In this document: piece by piece, positions 24,131 to 37,619 of the stretch
How positions within the stretch are numbered: position 1 is the stretch's first letter
Layout of the letters: each line of letters starts with the position of its first letter
Assembly: GCA_030265395.1 (NCBI GenBank)
Contig: JARFYF010000063.1
Coordinates: 104,493,517 to 104,554,711, forward strand
Reading direction: 5' to 3'
DNA from: Rhina ancylostomus
Lineage: Eukaryota
Length of the DNA: 61,195 nt
Notes under the pieces: generated by a model
What the model saw: the letters and a program-made list of their open reading frames with translations, nothing else
Told to the model about the DNA's origin: nothing
Database searches by the model: none
Translations under genes and position numbers: made by a program

Positions 24131-25264
24131 CATCTCACAGGAAGAATATATCTTACTGACCACCTTCTGAAGTGTAGGGTTAGATCCTCAAAACCTGTGT
24201 AAGGAGAAACTACACAAAATGTAGAAAAAAACTGTTTATATCAAAACAAATGAAAGGAATCAATTCGTTGTATTTTGTTCTTCAATAAAAAGTAAACATA
24301 CCATACTAAACTATATGTTGATATTATGGCTTGAAATGACTTCAATCAATGGACTTTGTACCAAAATGTCTGCCTTTGAAATCCTATCCCAATCCATTAT
24401 CCTGTTGCCATTTTCTGAATTAGTTTCTCCCACTGATGGCTATTTTCATTCAAAAGATGTCAAAAGCCTTGAGACTTCATAATCTTTCAATAACAGTCTT
24501 TGAATATTCAGAGCCCTGCTTAATTGTGCCTTTAGCAAAACTAATAATAAATATCTCCCTTCTTGTCTCCTTCTTTACTATCTGCATGTTAATCAGATAA
24601 CAATGAACTCATTACTTTGCCACTAATTTACACCCAATATCACACTTGGAAACAAAACAAAAGCTTGTCTTTAAATTTAACTACTTAATAGATTGTGGGT
24701 GTTTAAAAGTCATCTCAATTTGTTAACTGTTATACTCTAAATATATTTGGAGGAAATAAGTTAAAGGAAGAATTACTTCTACTGTTATCTGATTTAGCAG
24801 AAGAACCAGCAGGTGATATTTTGTGTCTTCCAGATATCTCTTGGCTTAAACAAGTTCCATATTTTGGTTCAATGTGTAACTTTACTTTTTGTTCATTGTG
24901 TAGTTCCACTTCCTTGTATTGTATTAAAGATGCTTCATGAAAAAGTGGGAAGGAAGAAGAATCAAAGAGGATGCTGTAAATTACACGGGATTATTTCTGA
25001 AACAATATAATTGTATGCAATGACCTAAGTAAAAAAGAACTTGTGTTTCTATACTGCCTTTAATGTACTCAGGACATCTCAATGTTTCATATTTCAAAGT
25101 GTGTGAAAAGTACAGCTAAAAGTTTTTGTTTAACAAGGTCTATAAGAGGTAATGCAATAAAATGGCACTGTGTGGAGAAATTGGTCATGCAGAGATGCAT
25201 CCAAAATTGATAATGCCTGTGACAAATATGAATCTAAACCATAATCAGTTTTCTTTCCTTTTTA

Positions 25265-25450
25265 CCCCTATTTTTGTGATCTGGGCATCACTTGCTGAGT
25301 CCATCTTTTATTGCCCTTCCCTTAATGCCCTCGAAAAGCTGGTGGTGAGCCATCATACTGAATCACTGTGGATCTTCTGGTAAAGCTAATGCCAGAGTGC
25401 TGGGCGTGAACTGTTCCAGGATTTATGTCCAACAATGATGAAGGACATTT
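25265..25450 (-). mobile_element. CR1-type 3' end
   Basis: tttattgcccttcccttaatgccctcgaaaagctggtggtgagcc; reverse of the tail seen at ~32620-32715. Confidence 0.65.
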
Positions 25451-25759
25451 GAGATAAACTCATCATTGGGTCTCATGTGAATGAACCTAATGAGAGCTGA
25501 CAACATACAACACTGGTCTACGGAGCTTGCCAGTCAAGACTTGGTGAAATGTTATTAAGATGACCCATTAGTAAGGCTCCAGAAGGGTGAGGTAGGCTGG
25601 AGTGGTAGAAGTGAACTTTTTTCCTCCGCAACAAGATAAGTTATAAGAAGTTTGGTTGCCATGTTGTAAGGGTTTTCAACAATCCCCTAACAATCATTTC
25701 CAAAAGAAAAAACCTCCGAAGACCACAAAGTATACCTTTTAAAATGTAAAATAAAACTG

Positions 25760-26380
25760 TGTCTTCCTGCTGTTGGATCAATTGTTCTTCATCTTGACAC
25801 TTGCACCTCTCTTCAAGCTCTCCGGTGCAGAGGGTCTGGGACTTTCTTCCAGTTTCAAGAGCAACTATACTCTTGATACTTTTGGCCGCACTCCTGCTGG
25901 ATGGTGAGGGAAAGAATTCATTTTGGTTGCGTTACATCTCAGAGTTAACATCAGTGCATATGAAGAGACACATGCAGTCAATGCCACTGGGAAGCCTTCC
26001 ATCCTAGCAGGGCCCTGTGCCCTCTATCTGCTGATTTCTGAAAGAGTGAATGAAGCATAGTTGACCCTCTTGCTGTTGAGAGCTTCAGTGACCTTCCTTG
26101 CACAACATTGGAAGACAAACTGTAAGATCTTACAAATATCTCCAGAAACATAAACTTTCATAGCAATGTTTAATTTGACAGTCACCAGCAATATATTTCT
26201 TTCTTTGTTCAGAATTATGGCTGTAGCAGGTGGCAAGTTTTACAATATCATCAGTGAATCACAGATCTCTCGCACGTTGTTATTTGTTGAGTTCAAGTGA
26301 GCTATTTTTTTCTGAAATACCCTTGGTGGATATTGCACTCTGCTGAGAACCCTACTACTGTCCTCTGATATACAGGTTTA
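25760..26380 (-). mobile_element. PIF/Harbinger transposase relic
   Basis: Minus translations YPPRVFQKK, LLVTVKLNIAM, GDICKILQ..CARKVTEAL, plus GFPVALT-like and NGSFFPS-like remnants; stops and frameshifts present. Confidence 0.7.
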
Positions 26381-28149
26381 CACTGCTTTGCATGACCTCT
26401 GCTGACTCTCCTAGTCATGTGGTATTGGAGAAGGAAGCATCTTCATGACCAACTGCTTTGTATGGAAGCCTTGAATACAGTAGCAAGTCCTTCAGCAGCT
26501 ACTTCGCTCTATCCTGCTTGACAGCATTATGGTCTGCACCTTTCTGATGGACGCGCACTACTTTCACACCATGCCTTTGCGGATAACCCTCCCAATTGTA
26601 TGCACCACACCACAGTTCCAATTGCACAGGGCTAAGGGCTCCTGCGGCCTTCGAGAAACAGGATCTAATGATCTGAATTTTGCGCTGTCTTTAAATTTTA
26701 GGAGAAATTACAGCTGGCGCTTTCTCTTTACCCTTTCCCAATTTTCTCATCTTCCTCTGAATTACTNNNNNNNNNNGTTCCCCCACCTGTGTTTCTTCCG
26801 TGGTAATTTTAGCTTATTGCAAATGATGTAGGGAGTATGAATGCTTTCTGTCTTTCATATTTGCTGTCATAAAGAATGCAACACAGATGTCTGTGAACAT
26901 TCCATACTGCGAGTGAGACCTGCTATAGGAAATGAATAACTGCATATTGCCCTATAAATTCCACATGCTGAGTTGCAGTTTTTATGCCAAAGAAAATGAG
27001 TTTTGCTGATGGTGAGCTATTTATATCAGAATGTTGAGAGGTAAGTTATTTGCAAATTCATTGGATTAGTGATTAATGTAAACCCCATGTAAAATGGTAA
27101 TAATCAGCTGGGGTGCATGAGAATTATATGCAGCTTTTAAAAAGCCAGTTCTGGCTGGAGATTATATCAACAGGCTGGAGGGGCAGCAGGTAAGTGAGGA
27201 ACAAGACCTGGCTCACTCACTTGACTGTTAGCCAGATGGACTGTATGTCCCTTGCCTGTTCTTTGTGGCTGCAAGAACGAGTAGCGCAGGAGACTCTGAC
27301 NNNNNNNGGCAATGAAAGCAGCAAGGCAAAATGAAGGTGCCACCTTATAACTGATGCTAGCATATGAAGTATGCTGGATGAAACAGAACAAAGAATGGGC
27401 AGGTGGCTTTAAGTGATAGGAAATCTGCTAAAATGATCACTCCAGCTATGTAAAAAGAGGTGAACACTGCGATTACTACAGTATTGATTTGAGTCACCAG
27501 GTGAATCATTTATCATTTCACCTTGACTCATTTTCACTGGGCTGCCCAAGGTTTACTTCTATATTTATGCCTAGGAGTTAATGATTTCTAAAATTGTCTT
27601 GCTGCACTATGAAACAGGTCAGATTATATTAGCATTGACAACAGAAACATTTAAATAGAGAGAACAGAAATACGTAGTAGATGGAGTAGAGTGCATAGAA
27701 AAGAGGTCATAAAAGCAGTTCAGATATGGCACAATAATTCAGCATTAATTGCTTGCTGATTATAAACTTACACTTAGAATCATTGTGTGAGATTACAGGG
27801 ATTAATTTATGGAGAGATTCCATAAATATTTGAAATTGACAACAGTTCAATAGATCAGTACTGGAAAAGGTGTAATATTCTGACCAGAATAGGCAAGGTA
27901 ACAAGAATAAAAAGACTGTAAAAGGGACAGATCCACGACTGATTACTACATCTAACCATTAAACGTTCTTAATATCAATTACTATGTACAATCATAAAGA
28001 CCTTTTCTCCATTTTGATAGGGGGATGTCACTGCGATTTCTTCTTCAGCTTTTACAAGCTTTGTTCACATACATTTAAAAGAGTAGTCTTCATTTGAATT
28101 TACTGAAACTTGTTGCAGGAGGAAATGGCTCATAGGCCTTTCTATGCAA

Positions 28150-28600
28150 CATAGTAGTCTACTAGGAACAGGGCACTCAGCTCAAGGGATGGCACCCACT
28201 TGGGGGTGGTGATAAAGTTGTGGACATAGACCATGTCAGTGATTAAATGTTTACAGTGTAATTGTGACAATGCTACGAAGAAGCATGAAGCTGCAGATTT
28301 CCATGCCCTTCCCTGACTTGGAGATGTGGTGAATATTTTTCTCATAGAGGGCTGTGAGTCTTTGGAACTCTCTTCCTTAAAGAGCATTGGAAGCAGAACC
28401 TTTGAATATTTTTAATCAGAGGTAGGTAAATTTTTGATTTCTTGATAAGCAAGGTGGGTGTGGTGGTGGTGGTGGTGGTGAAAGTTTGCCAGGGCAGGCA
28501 GGAATATGGAATTGAAATTACAATCAGATCAGATCTCACTGGATGGTGGAGCAGGTTTAAGGGGTTGAGTAGCCTACTCCTGCTCCTAATTTGTATGTCT
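28150..28600 (+). mobile_element. Two adjacent CR1 3' fragments, with (GGT)n at ~28461-28480
   Basis: ggctgtgagtctttggaactctcttcc...gagtagcctactcctgctcctaatt. Confidence 0.65.
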
Positions 28601-28799
28601 GTCTCCTTAAAGTCAAAAGGAAAGTACTCATCATTTCTTGACGTGAATCCTCCTTTTCTGCTGATCTGTCTCATTATTGGATGGCAAAAATGAGGCAGGG
28701 GGGCGCACAGATAAAGATGTCAAGGCAGAAAGGGTAAATTACCACATAAAGTGTGATCATAAGAAAGATGAGGATGATTGTATCGGGTAACAAAATACT

Positions 28800-29745
28800 G
28801 AACTTGGGTGGATCACATGGAGACTTCTGCAAAAGGAGGTGATGGCGCAATAAAGGTGAGGCTGCCTACAGGTGTTAAAGTGACAAAAGAATTGTTTGTC
28901 CTTTTGGTTGAAAGGCTCAGTACTTCACTTAATACAATTGTGACAAGGCTATTGAGGGATGAAGGAAACCTTATTGGACAGGNNNNNNNNNNNNNNNNNN
29001 NNNNNNNNNNNNNNNNNNNNNNNNNNNNNNNNNNNNNNNNNNNNNNNNNNNNNNNNNNNNNNNNNNNNNNNNNNNNNNNNNNAGGACACAGTGGAAGAGA
29101 AACTTTGTCGTCGGTGGCATGCAGGAGTACCAGCTGCTGGCTGCTCTTACTTCTGATGTCTCAGAGTGGACTTAAATGTGCAGTGGTGAATACAATTGGT
29201 TGTCATGTTTGGAGAAAGTAATGAAAAGCACTTGGATATATCCTCCAAGGTTGCTAAACAACCTTCTGATTTGAAACCACATTTTAACTTGATTTTGCTG
29301 TTACCATTGGCATGAGATTTTTGCACTACATTTCTGTGAGAGATTGTGTAATTGTGTTCCAATCATTACAGCACCTTAAGACAGGAATCAAAATCACATG
29401 AGCACCCCTTCTATTTCTAGATTTCTTGTCAACCTATCATCATGTGCTTTGAAACTGGTGCAGGAATTGCTACAGCACAATGATTTTCCAGTCACAAACC
29501 AATGAGTTCTCGAGGTGGGCATTTTGCAAGTGAAGAACTCACCTGTTTGACATTCATGGGGAAGGTGGTAGAAACCCACATGTGGTGTTTCACCCAACAA
29601 CATCCAAATTGCTTCCCACTAATGGGCTGCTTCAATGTCATGTGGGACATCCTCAGGATTTAAAAGTAATGAGTTTGTTCTTTCCTCTTTCTTTCTCCAA
29701 TTAACTCACATCTCCTAAATCCACACCAGATGGGAAAATCTGCCC
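28800..29745 (+). mobile_element. Possible decayed Harbinger-type element
   Basis: LPTGVKVT resembles ALPVAVKVT; NVQW remnant at ~29176; terminal ggaaaatctgcccc (29732-29745) resembles a Harbinger-type TIR. Confidence 0.3.
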
Positions 29746-30769
29746 CTGTATGTTATACAACTGCATTTCTGCATCAAACCAGGTTTGCAAAGTGTTCAGA
29801 GTGTTAGTGCGATACTTTAGGGGCAATTTTATGAACTGGCATATTGCTCTGTCTGACAGGAGCACGTATCAGCAATTTGGGCCTGTGCCAGCAAAGCAGA
29901 TTCCTAAAATTTATCCTTTTATAATCTGACTTAGAGCTGACTTCACTGTATTCAGTCCAGATCTGCCTGGCAACAGTGTCAGTACATTTACATTTTTAAA
30001 CGGTTGGCAATGGAGCTCTGCAGATTCATAGAAACACGCATGTGTAGAGCCCCCCTCAGGACCTGAAAGTTGGAAGCATAGCCAAGCAGTGTCACAAACC
30101 TACTAGCTGTAAATGGAGATTGTAGGCACTCATCTGAGGTCTGTATCTACTATATAATTGCAGCTTTTTGGTTTTGTGTCTCCCTTTCTTTGGTTTCTAC
30201 TCTCTCCCACTTTCCTTTTCCCTCTCCCTATCTTTCTTACACTGTGATATCATTTCTGATTGGTGAGATCCCTGGGGAGGAATCTGTCTTTTGTAGCTAA
30301 TACTCAATGAGACTGGGACTACCAGCTGCTGGATGTAGTCATGCCATGACATCTGGATTTATTGAGTAAAATGAAAAAAGAGTGCAACCTTCAGTTAATC
30401 CTGTGACACCTCCTCACCACAAGTGACAAAGATGAATTTCTTCCCCGAGTCTTATTTGCCCAGTCTGGCCAAATGTTGTGAAATTGATAGAGTGCATCAG
30501 AGAAAGACTCTCATGGTTTCTGATCAGTCTGTAGGATGACTGAGCTTCCAAGATGCCCATCACTTTAATTCTCCCACACAGACATCTTTGTCCTCAGCTT
30601 CCTACAATGTTCCAATGAATGTCAATGTAAACTTAAGAAACACCATCTCATCCTTTGATTGGACATATAAAAGCCGTTCGGACACAATATTGAGTTCAAC
30701 AATTTTAGATAATGATTTTACTATTCCCATTTACACCTCTAAATTCATTGAAAATAAAAGTGCTGCATT

Positions 30770-31640
30770 TGCTTGGAATCTGAAATGTTTGAAACACTCA
30801 TGAAAATCCATGCAAAGAGAAATGGAGCTAATATTTCACGTTGAAGACTCTTCATTAGAACACACTTTCCTAGTTTACTTGACCTGAAATGAGTTCACCT
30901 CACTTATTTTACTTTACCCTACTTGTCCATAGATCCCTCAAAGATGCTGCGCAGGTTGATAGAGTTGTTAAGAAGGCGTATGGTGTGTTGACCTTCATTA
31001 GCTGGGGTACTGAGTTCAAGAGCTGCCAGGTAATGTTGCAGCCCTATAAAACGCTGGTGAGGCCACGCTTGGAGTATCGTGTTCAGTTCTGGTTGCCTCA
31101 TTATGGGAAGGATGTGGAAGCTTTAGAGAAGGTGCAGAGGAGATTTACCAGGATGCTGCCTGGATTGGAGAGCATGTTTTATGAGGATAGGTTGAGCGAG
31201 CTGAGGCTTTTCTCTTTGGAGCAAAGGAGGATGAGAGGTGACTTGCTAGAGGTGTACAAGATGATAAAAGGCATAGATGGAATGGGCAGTCAGAAAATGG
31301 CTCACACGAGGGGGCACAATTTTAAGGTAATTTGAGGAAGATACAAGGGGGAAGTCAGAGATAAGTTTTTTTTTACACAGAGAGTGGTGGGTGCGTGGAA
31401 CGCACTGCCAGCAGAGGTGGTGGAGGCAGATACATTAGGGACATTTAAGAGATCCTTAGATAGAAAAATGGAGGGCTATCATTCATGTGTCTATGTGGGA
31501 GGGAAGGGTTAAATAGGTCTTGGAGCAGGATAAAATGTCAGCACAACCTCATGGGCTGAAGGGCCTGTATTGGGCTGTAATGTTCTATATTTACCACAAA
31601 TGCTGCCTGACCTCTGAGTCTTTTGTTTATATTTCTTTAC
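30770..31640. mobile_element. Penelope-derived hairpin split by a CR1 insertion
   Basis: Left part 30770-30918, right part cacaaatgctgcctgacctctgag at 31595-31620; tttacc duplicated at 30913-30918 and 31590-31595. Confidence 0.6.
30920..31590 (+). mobile_element. Young 5'-truncated CR1 (ORF2 C-terminus)
   Basis: ORF 30889-31335 YKTLVRPRLEYRVQFWLPHYGKDVEALEKVQRRFTRMLPGL...RGDLLEVYK. Confidence 0.95.
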
Positions 31641-32179
31641 ACTCACCTCTTTTTTTTAATTTGTCTTCTTACTACACTTTTTCACCTTCCACCATCATCC
31701 CTCTTGCTTATGCTTTAGTAATGTCTGATTTGTTTCCTCACTTTTGGCACCACTTTATTGTATTTCTTTTGCTTATCATCTCAGGCAGGATAATGAGTCC
31801 TGTTGTTCCTGTGGATCCATGTATGATTATCTTCTGACTGTGGGCTGGCAAATCTTTTTCTCATTCATCATGTTTGGAGGTCCGCTAGGTCAGAGATGTT
31901 CGAATTTATGGTCTTGGGTCAGATCTGGAGCAGAGGTTACAGTGTGCAGGTCAGAAAGTAGCTGGTGCAAATGGGTTAAATTGGGAATGTTAAATTTCCA
32001 ACTGCACTGCTAAGAAATTTAAGTTATTTTCACCCCAAATAGAGGCAAATGGAACAGGAACAGACCTTGGTTCGATAGAGGGATACAGAGGAAAAGGCAG
32101 TCATAACAAAACTAAGCTGTGAACAAGCAGCAGGTCACGAACTGTCTCTTGAGTTCACAGAGTCAACCAGAAATTTAAC

Positions 32180-32715
32180 AGGACAACCACATAAATACTG
32201 CAGCTACAAGAGCAGGTCAGTTGCTGGTCATCCTGGGATGTTGACATGTCTCCTGACTCTGTTTGCCTGGATGAGTGCAGTTCCAACAGCACTCAAGGAG
32301 ATCAACACTGTCCAGTACAAAGCAGTCTATTTGATTAGTGCCCCATCCACCACCCTAAACGCTCCTGGCCTACAATGGCTGCGATGTTGACCATCTACAA
32401 AATATATTTCAGCAACTTCCTGAGGCTTCTTTAATTACATCTCTCAAGCCCTTGATCTTTTGCAGCTGGATGGATAAAATGAACATGTGCACTGGAACGC
32501 CACTGCTTGCAAGTCAAATAGCATGCTGACTTGAAAATATACTGCTTTTCTTTCATTATTGCTGGGTCTAAATCATAGAATTCCCTACCCAAAATCATTT
32601 TTGGAATGCCTTTTTGGGCTGCAGCAGTTCAAGGTGCTCATTGTCATCTTTTTTGTTGTCAGTTAGGGATGAGGAGTAAATGTCTGCAATTTACCTGGCT
32701 GTAAAAACCGCATCC
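32180..32715 (+). mobile_element. CR1-type LINE 3' fragment (second family)
   Basis: cacataaatactgcagctacaagagcaggtcag...gcctggatgagtgcagttccaacagcactcaag; paralog at 34980-35580. Confidence 0.75.
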
Positions 32716-33644
32716 TGAACATTAATACAAGGAAATTCCTGCCATTAGTCTGTTGCACAAGTGAATATGTTGAGCCTTAGGACATCAACAACGAGGTCAA
32801 TAGCTTGGAAAAGCAAGTGTATGATGCCTTCCGCTAGCACAGCTTTGTGACTGTTGATTCTATTGTGCATAACATAGAGGAAAGGTTTGGGGCAATTATC
32901 AGATGAAAATATTGAATAAATATAAAATAGGAGATCAAGGGCAGGCAAGGTAAACAAATTCTACTTACTCTATGTATACCTTAGAAGGACTCAACAGTCA
33001 AGGACCTGGAAATTGCCCCAGTAAGAGTATTAAGAGCTGCAGAAACAGGACTTCTGTTCCATGGGAGGAGAAGGGCAGGACACATCAGTGTCCTGGCAGT
33101 GTGCTCTTTAGCTACTGATATGCAATATGTTACAGTAGTAGCATCTTCACTAGCAAGAATCAACGAAGTTTGGAGCCCCCCCATTCCACGTCACTGAAAT
33201 GGACATAGATCACTGTGACATTGTTACCGTGTGTCACTATCTTGGAATTTCCAAAGTAACACTGGCATGGGAGCAGCATCACCAGTAAGCTGTGATTTAA
33301 GGTGAAGACTTGCTATTATCCTCTCACGATAACTTGTAATAGACAAAAACCTGACCTTTCACATCAATATCAGAAGAATGAAAGTGAAAAATATTTCAAA
33401 AGCTTTTGCTTTTCCTTTCTTCCTGGTGTCCTTGTTGATAACAAATAATTTTCTGCTGGAAATCCCTCCATTTGTGTTTCAGGGAGGAAGAAGTGGAGGG
33501 CTATTAAAGGTGTGTTTAGTGTGTAAGGCTGGTCTGAGTAAACCCGTTGGCAACCACCCACTTCTGCTGATAAAGTCTGATAGATCATTACCAGACGCAG
33601 AGGCCCTACCTCTGAAGATATGAAAGGAAGCTTCTGCTGTATTA

Positions 33645-33735
33645 AAAACAGAAAATGCTGAAGATACGTAGTAGGTCAGGCAGTATGTGTGGAGAGAAAA
33701 TCAGAGTTAACAGATTCCAACCATCCATCAGAATT
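33645..33735 (-). mobile_element. Penelope pLTR fragment
   Basis: aaacagaaaatgctgaagatacgtagtaggtcaggcag..tgtggagagaaaa. Confidence 0.65.
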
Positions 33736-33769
33736 CCAATCAACTGGTCACTAACCAATTGTATAGTGA

Positions 33770-33990
33770 ACCACAGGAGAGAATCTTTACACAGTGAGTG
33801 GTGAGAATGTGGAGCTCATTTGTAAAGGAGTGGCTGAGGCAGAAAGCATATATATATATAAATATATAAAAGAGATGCTGATGAGTAAATGAGGGAAAAG
33901 GAAATAATGGATATGAGGGGCAGGATGGGTGAGAAAGAGATAACCAGAGTGGGAGAAGGCTGTGGTGGAGTGTAAACTAGATTGCAATGA
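33770..33990 (+). mobile_element. CR1 3' end with (TA)n
   Basis: aggagagaatctttacacagtgagtggtgagaatgtgga; similar to 56185-56390. Confidence 0.65.
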
Positions 33991-34024
33991 TGCATGAAAT
34001 CACTGAATCATATAATAGTTATAG

Positions 34025-34320
34025 ACAAGATAAGATGATATCTTTATTAGTCACATGTACATTGAAACACACAGACATCTTTGCATAGAGTGTTCTGGGA
34101 GCAGCCCACAAGTGTCACCATGCTTCCAATGCCAACATAGCATGCCCACAACTTCCTAACCCGTATGTCTTTGGAATGGGAGGAAACCAGAGCACCCAAA
34201 GGAAACCCTCACAGATACAGGGAGAACGTGCAAACTCCTTACAGACAGCGGCCTGAATTGAACCTGGGTCGCTGGCACTGTAATAGCAATACACTAACCG
34301 CTACACTACCGTGCCTGCCA
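34025..34320 (-). mobile_element. V-SINE, near full length
   Basis: Minus strand ggcacggtagtgtagcggttag (A-box), ggttcaattc (B-box), V-domain, tail aataaagatatcatcttatc. Confidence 0.9.
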
Positions 34321-34324
34321 TCAC

Positions 34325-34960
34325 TACTGTGTTATAGCTCAGAAGGTGCCCTTTGGCTAGTCAGAGGTGTACTGGCTCTATGTTAGTGGGATGTAGCCAG
34401 TTCTACTCCCCAGATCTCTCCTCATAGCCTGCAAATTCTTTACATTCAGATACTTATCCATCTTTATCCTTGCCATTACCATCCTTGGCAGTGCACTTCA
34501 TACTCAGTCCGCTCACTATGTGAAAAAATATCTTCTTTACATTAGTTTTAGTTCTCTTGCTTATCACTTCACTCTGTCTCCCATGGTTTCTGATCCCTCA
34601 ACCAATGGGGAGTTTCTCTCGATCTACTCTGCTATTAACCATTGTGGTTTTAAATCCATCTATCTGATTCCCTTCTAATCCTTTGTTTCAAAGAGAACAA
34701 AACCAGCTCCCTCAGCATATCCACATAACTAAAGCACCTTAGTAAGCTTCTTCTGCATCCTTTATTGTTTTTCCTGAAGTGTGGAACCTGGAAATGAACA
34801 TTATATTTTCACTGAGGTTGAACCGATGTCATATAAACATTTAACACAACTTCCCTGTTCTTCTATCATGCCTTTAGGCAGTTTTAACCACTTTGTTCAA
34901 AAAACCATGTGTACCTTTTAGAATTATGGACTCCAGTTCATATTGCTTCTTCTCATTCTC
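34325..34960 (-). mobile_element. Old CR1 3' fragment
   Basis: Reverse CR1 3'UTR and ORF2 end; its tail at ~34000-34025 is separated by the SINE. Confidence 0.65.
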
Positions 34961-34979
34961 CCGACCAAAACAAAACACT

Positions 34980-35580
34980 CGGGCATGGGTGGATAAGTGA
35001 AAGGTAGCATTTTTGCCAGAAATGCCAGGCAATGGTCAGTTTCAATGAGAGAAAATCTAATCATCTACCCTTGACATCCAATGATATTATCATCACTGAG
35101 TCCCCCACCATCAACATCATGAAAGTCACATGGAAGACCAGTAATTCCACTGGACCAGCCACATAGATACTGTAGGTCAGAGCCTGGGTATCCAGCAGTG
35201 AGTAACTAACCTCATGATATCCCAAAGCCTTTCCATCATCTCCAAGGCATGTGATGGAACACACTCCACTTGCCTGGATGAGCGCTGCTCCAACAGCTCG
35301 TAGAAAGCTTGACACCTGCCCACTTGAACCACCCTAAACATTTCATCCCTCCACCATCAGCACACCGTGACTCCAGTATGTAGCATTTACAAAGGCACTG
35401 CAATTACTTGCTCGGGTTTCTCTGACAGCATCTCCCAAACCTGCAACTTCTATCACCAAGAAGGACTAGGGCAGGAAGTGCATGCAGGTTCCCCTCCAAG
35501 TCACACATCACCCTGATCAGGAAATATATTGTCTGACCATCATTGTTACTTGATCAAAATCCTACCCAAAGGCACGAGAC
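34980..35580 (+). mobile_element. CR1-type LINE fragment (second family)
   Basis: gatggaacacactccacttgcctggatgagcgctgctccaaca (MEySPLAWMSAAPT-type). Confidence 0.75.
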
Positions 35581-35629
35581 TGAGGAGGCGACACACCTCT
35601 GGCAAAATCCAGACCCTGAAAATTGACAA

Positions 35630-36740
35630 AATGAAAAAAAAAGTCTGGAACTTTCCCTGCCACTGAGGTTAAATCCCTACACCTTTTTATTGAACAAAGG
35701 TGTAACATCACAATTTCCCAGTCCTCAAGTACCCATCCTTGAATTTACTGATGTTTGTAAGATCATGACCAGAGCCTCTGCAATTTCTTCCCTTGCTTCT
35801 GTCAGACTGACGTAAAGTGTTCATTTAGTACTTGGAAGGGAAGCTACCACAGGTGGTGTTCTCAAACACTCGTTGCCCATGTCCTTCTTGGTGGTAGAGA
35901 ATGCAGATGTGTTAGGTCCTTTCGACGTAGCTTGGTGAGTAACTGAAATGCATTTGGTTGACGATATACACTGCAGCCACCATATGCTAGAGGTGGAGGG
36001 AATGAATGTTTAGGTTAGTTACGGGGTGCAAATCAAGCAGGCTGCTTTGTCCCGGATAGCATCAAGTTTCTTGAGTGTTGTATATGCTCTCTATCGCCAT
36101 GAGGTACTTCCTTTTATGTCTCTTATTGGTTCCACCTCTCCTGCTAAAATCCTCTCCCTGGTGACATGCCTACAGAATATTTTCAGATTCTCTTTATGTT
36201 AGCTTTCAGCTTCTTTTCATACTCTCTCTTTGGCCCTTATTTCCTTTTCTACTTCCCCTCTAAGCTTATGCTAATCATCCTGGTGCTCACTTATGTTAAT
36301 TACTTGACATCTGACCTATGCTTTTCTAATGTACTTTAGTCTCTAGCTTTTTGGTCATCCTGAGAGCTTTTTTAATCTCTGTACTCTGCACCCTCATGAA
36401 AATGTATTGAAATAGCAGCTAAAACATCACCACTTTCATGGCTTCCCATTGTTTAATTACTGTTTTGCCTGCCAAGCTTTGATTCCAGTTTAACCAGGCT
36501 AGGTCTGTTCTCATGCCACTGAAATTAGCCATTATCCAATTAACTGTATTACTTTGTAGTGGTCTACATCCTTTTCCATAGTTACTCTATACCTTGTGCT
36601 ATTACGATCACTATTTTCTTGATGTTCCCCAACTGATATTTGCTCCACTTGGCCTGGCTCTTTTCCCAGAACCACTTCCAGCAATACCACCTCCCTCATT
36701 TTCTCCTGAATATGCTTCATAAACTCCTTCCCCTCTTTGG
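35630..36740 (-). mobile_element. Mosaic of CR1 fragments (APE-RT linker region)
   Basis: ORF 36532-36720(-) LLEVVLGKEPGQV..ISVGEH..NSDRN resembles CR1 APE LDLVLGNEPGQV..GEH.GNSDHN. Confidence 0.7.
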
Positions 36741-37029
36741 TTCATTGACCTTTATGTTATTTTGTTGAGCATTTTAATGCTGCAGGTTATCATTTTTCAA
36801 GGGAGGTCATACTATTTCTGTGGGATACACCTTACTCTGGATGTGTGGAATTCAGCAGTCCTGGGGAAAAGAAAGTTAAGCAGTCACATTTCTAATACCA
36901 ATGCAGCTCATGAGAAGGCAAGGCATTAGAGAGATCAACAGATATGAATTTTATACTTCAGATCATTTGGATAATTATTTATAGTTGTCATTGTAACTGT
37001 GTCCTTGTGCAGCAAGCCAGACCAATGAT

Positions 37030-37322
37030 AAGGTAAGATAGCTTTATTGGTCACATGTACATCGAAAGACACAGTGAAATGCACTTTTTTTGCATAGAGT
37101 GTTCTAGGGGCAGCCTGCAAGTGTCACCACGCTTCCAGCACCAACATAGCATGCCCACAACTTCCTAATCTGTACTTTTTTTTGGAATGTAGCAGAAATC
37201 CAGAGCACCTGGAGGAAACCCATGCAGACGTGGGGAGAACATACAAACTCCTTACAGACAGCAGCCAGAATTAAACCCGGGTCACTGGCACTGTAAAGTG
37301 TTACTCTAACTGCTACGCAAAA
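37030..37322 (-). mobile_element. V-SINE
   Basis: Alignable by eye along its length with 34025-34320. Confidence 0.9.
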
Positions 37323-37619
37323 CTGGGAGGCATATTCAAACCACACTGGAAAGGAAAGTGCCTGTATTTTGGAGCAATTTTTATTCATGTTTTATTTTAT
37401 TTGGCTTCAAGAATCGAGTTCAAAGTTTTCAGTGGCTGGGGTGAGGCTGAAGGTAGTTGCAACCATTAGTAGTGCAGTAAACAAAGATGAAGGCAACAAA
37501 GCAGATCTGTGGTCAAGTAAAGAAATATTACAGCACCTGCCACAGCTTTAAAGGTTGGTAAATGGCATGCCACATGGAATGGCTGGGTGAGGAGTTGCAT
37601 CACAGGGCACCATCTCGAG

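Noticed and set aside
27000-27200. Consensus plus-strand donors (gtaagt at ~27041 and 27190; also 55440)
   Set aside because: No good acceptor with a recognisable reading frame upstream; likely cryptic sites.
34250-34320. tRNA gene (A/B boxes)
   Set aside because: It is the tRNA-derived head of a V-SINE and continues into the V-domain; no cloverleaf.
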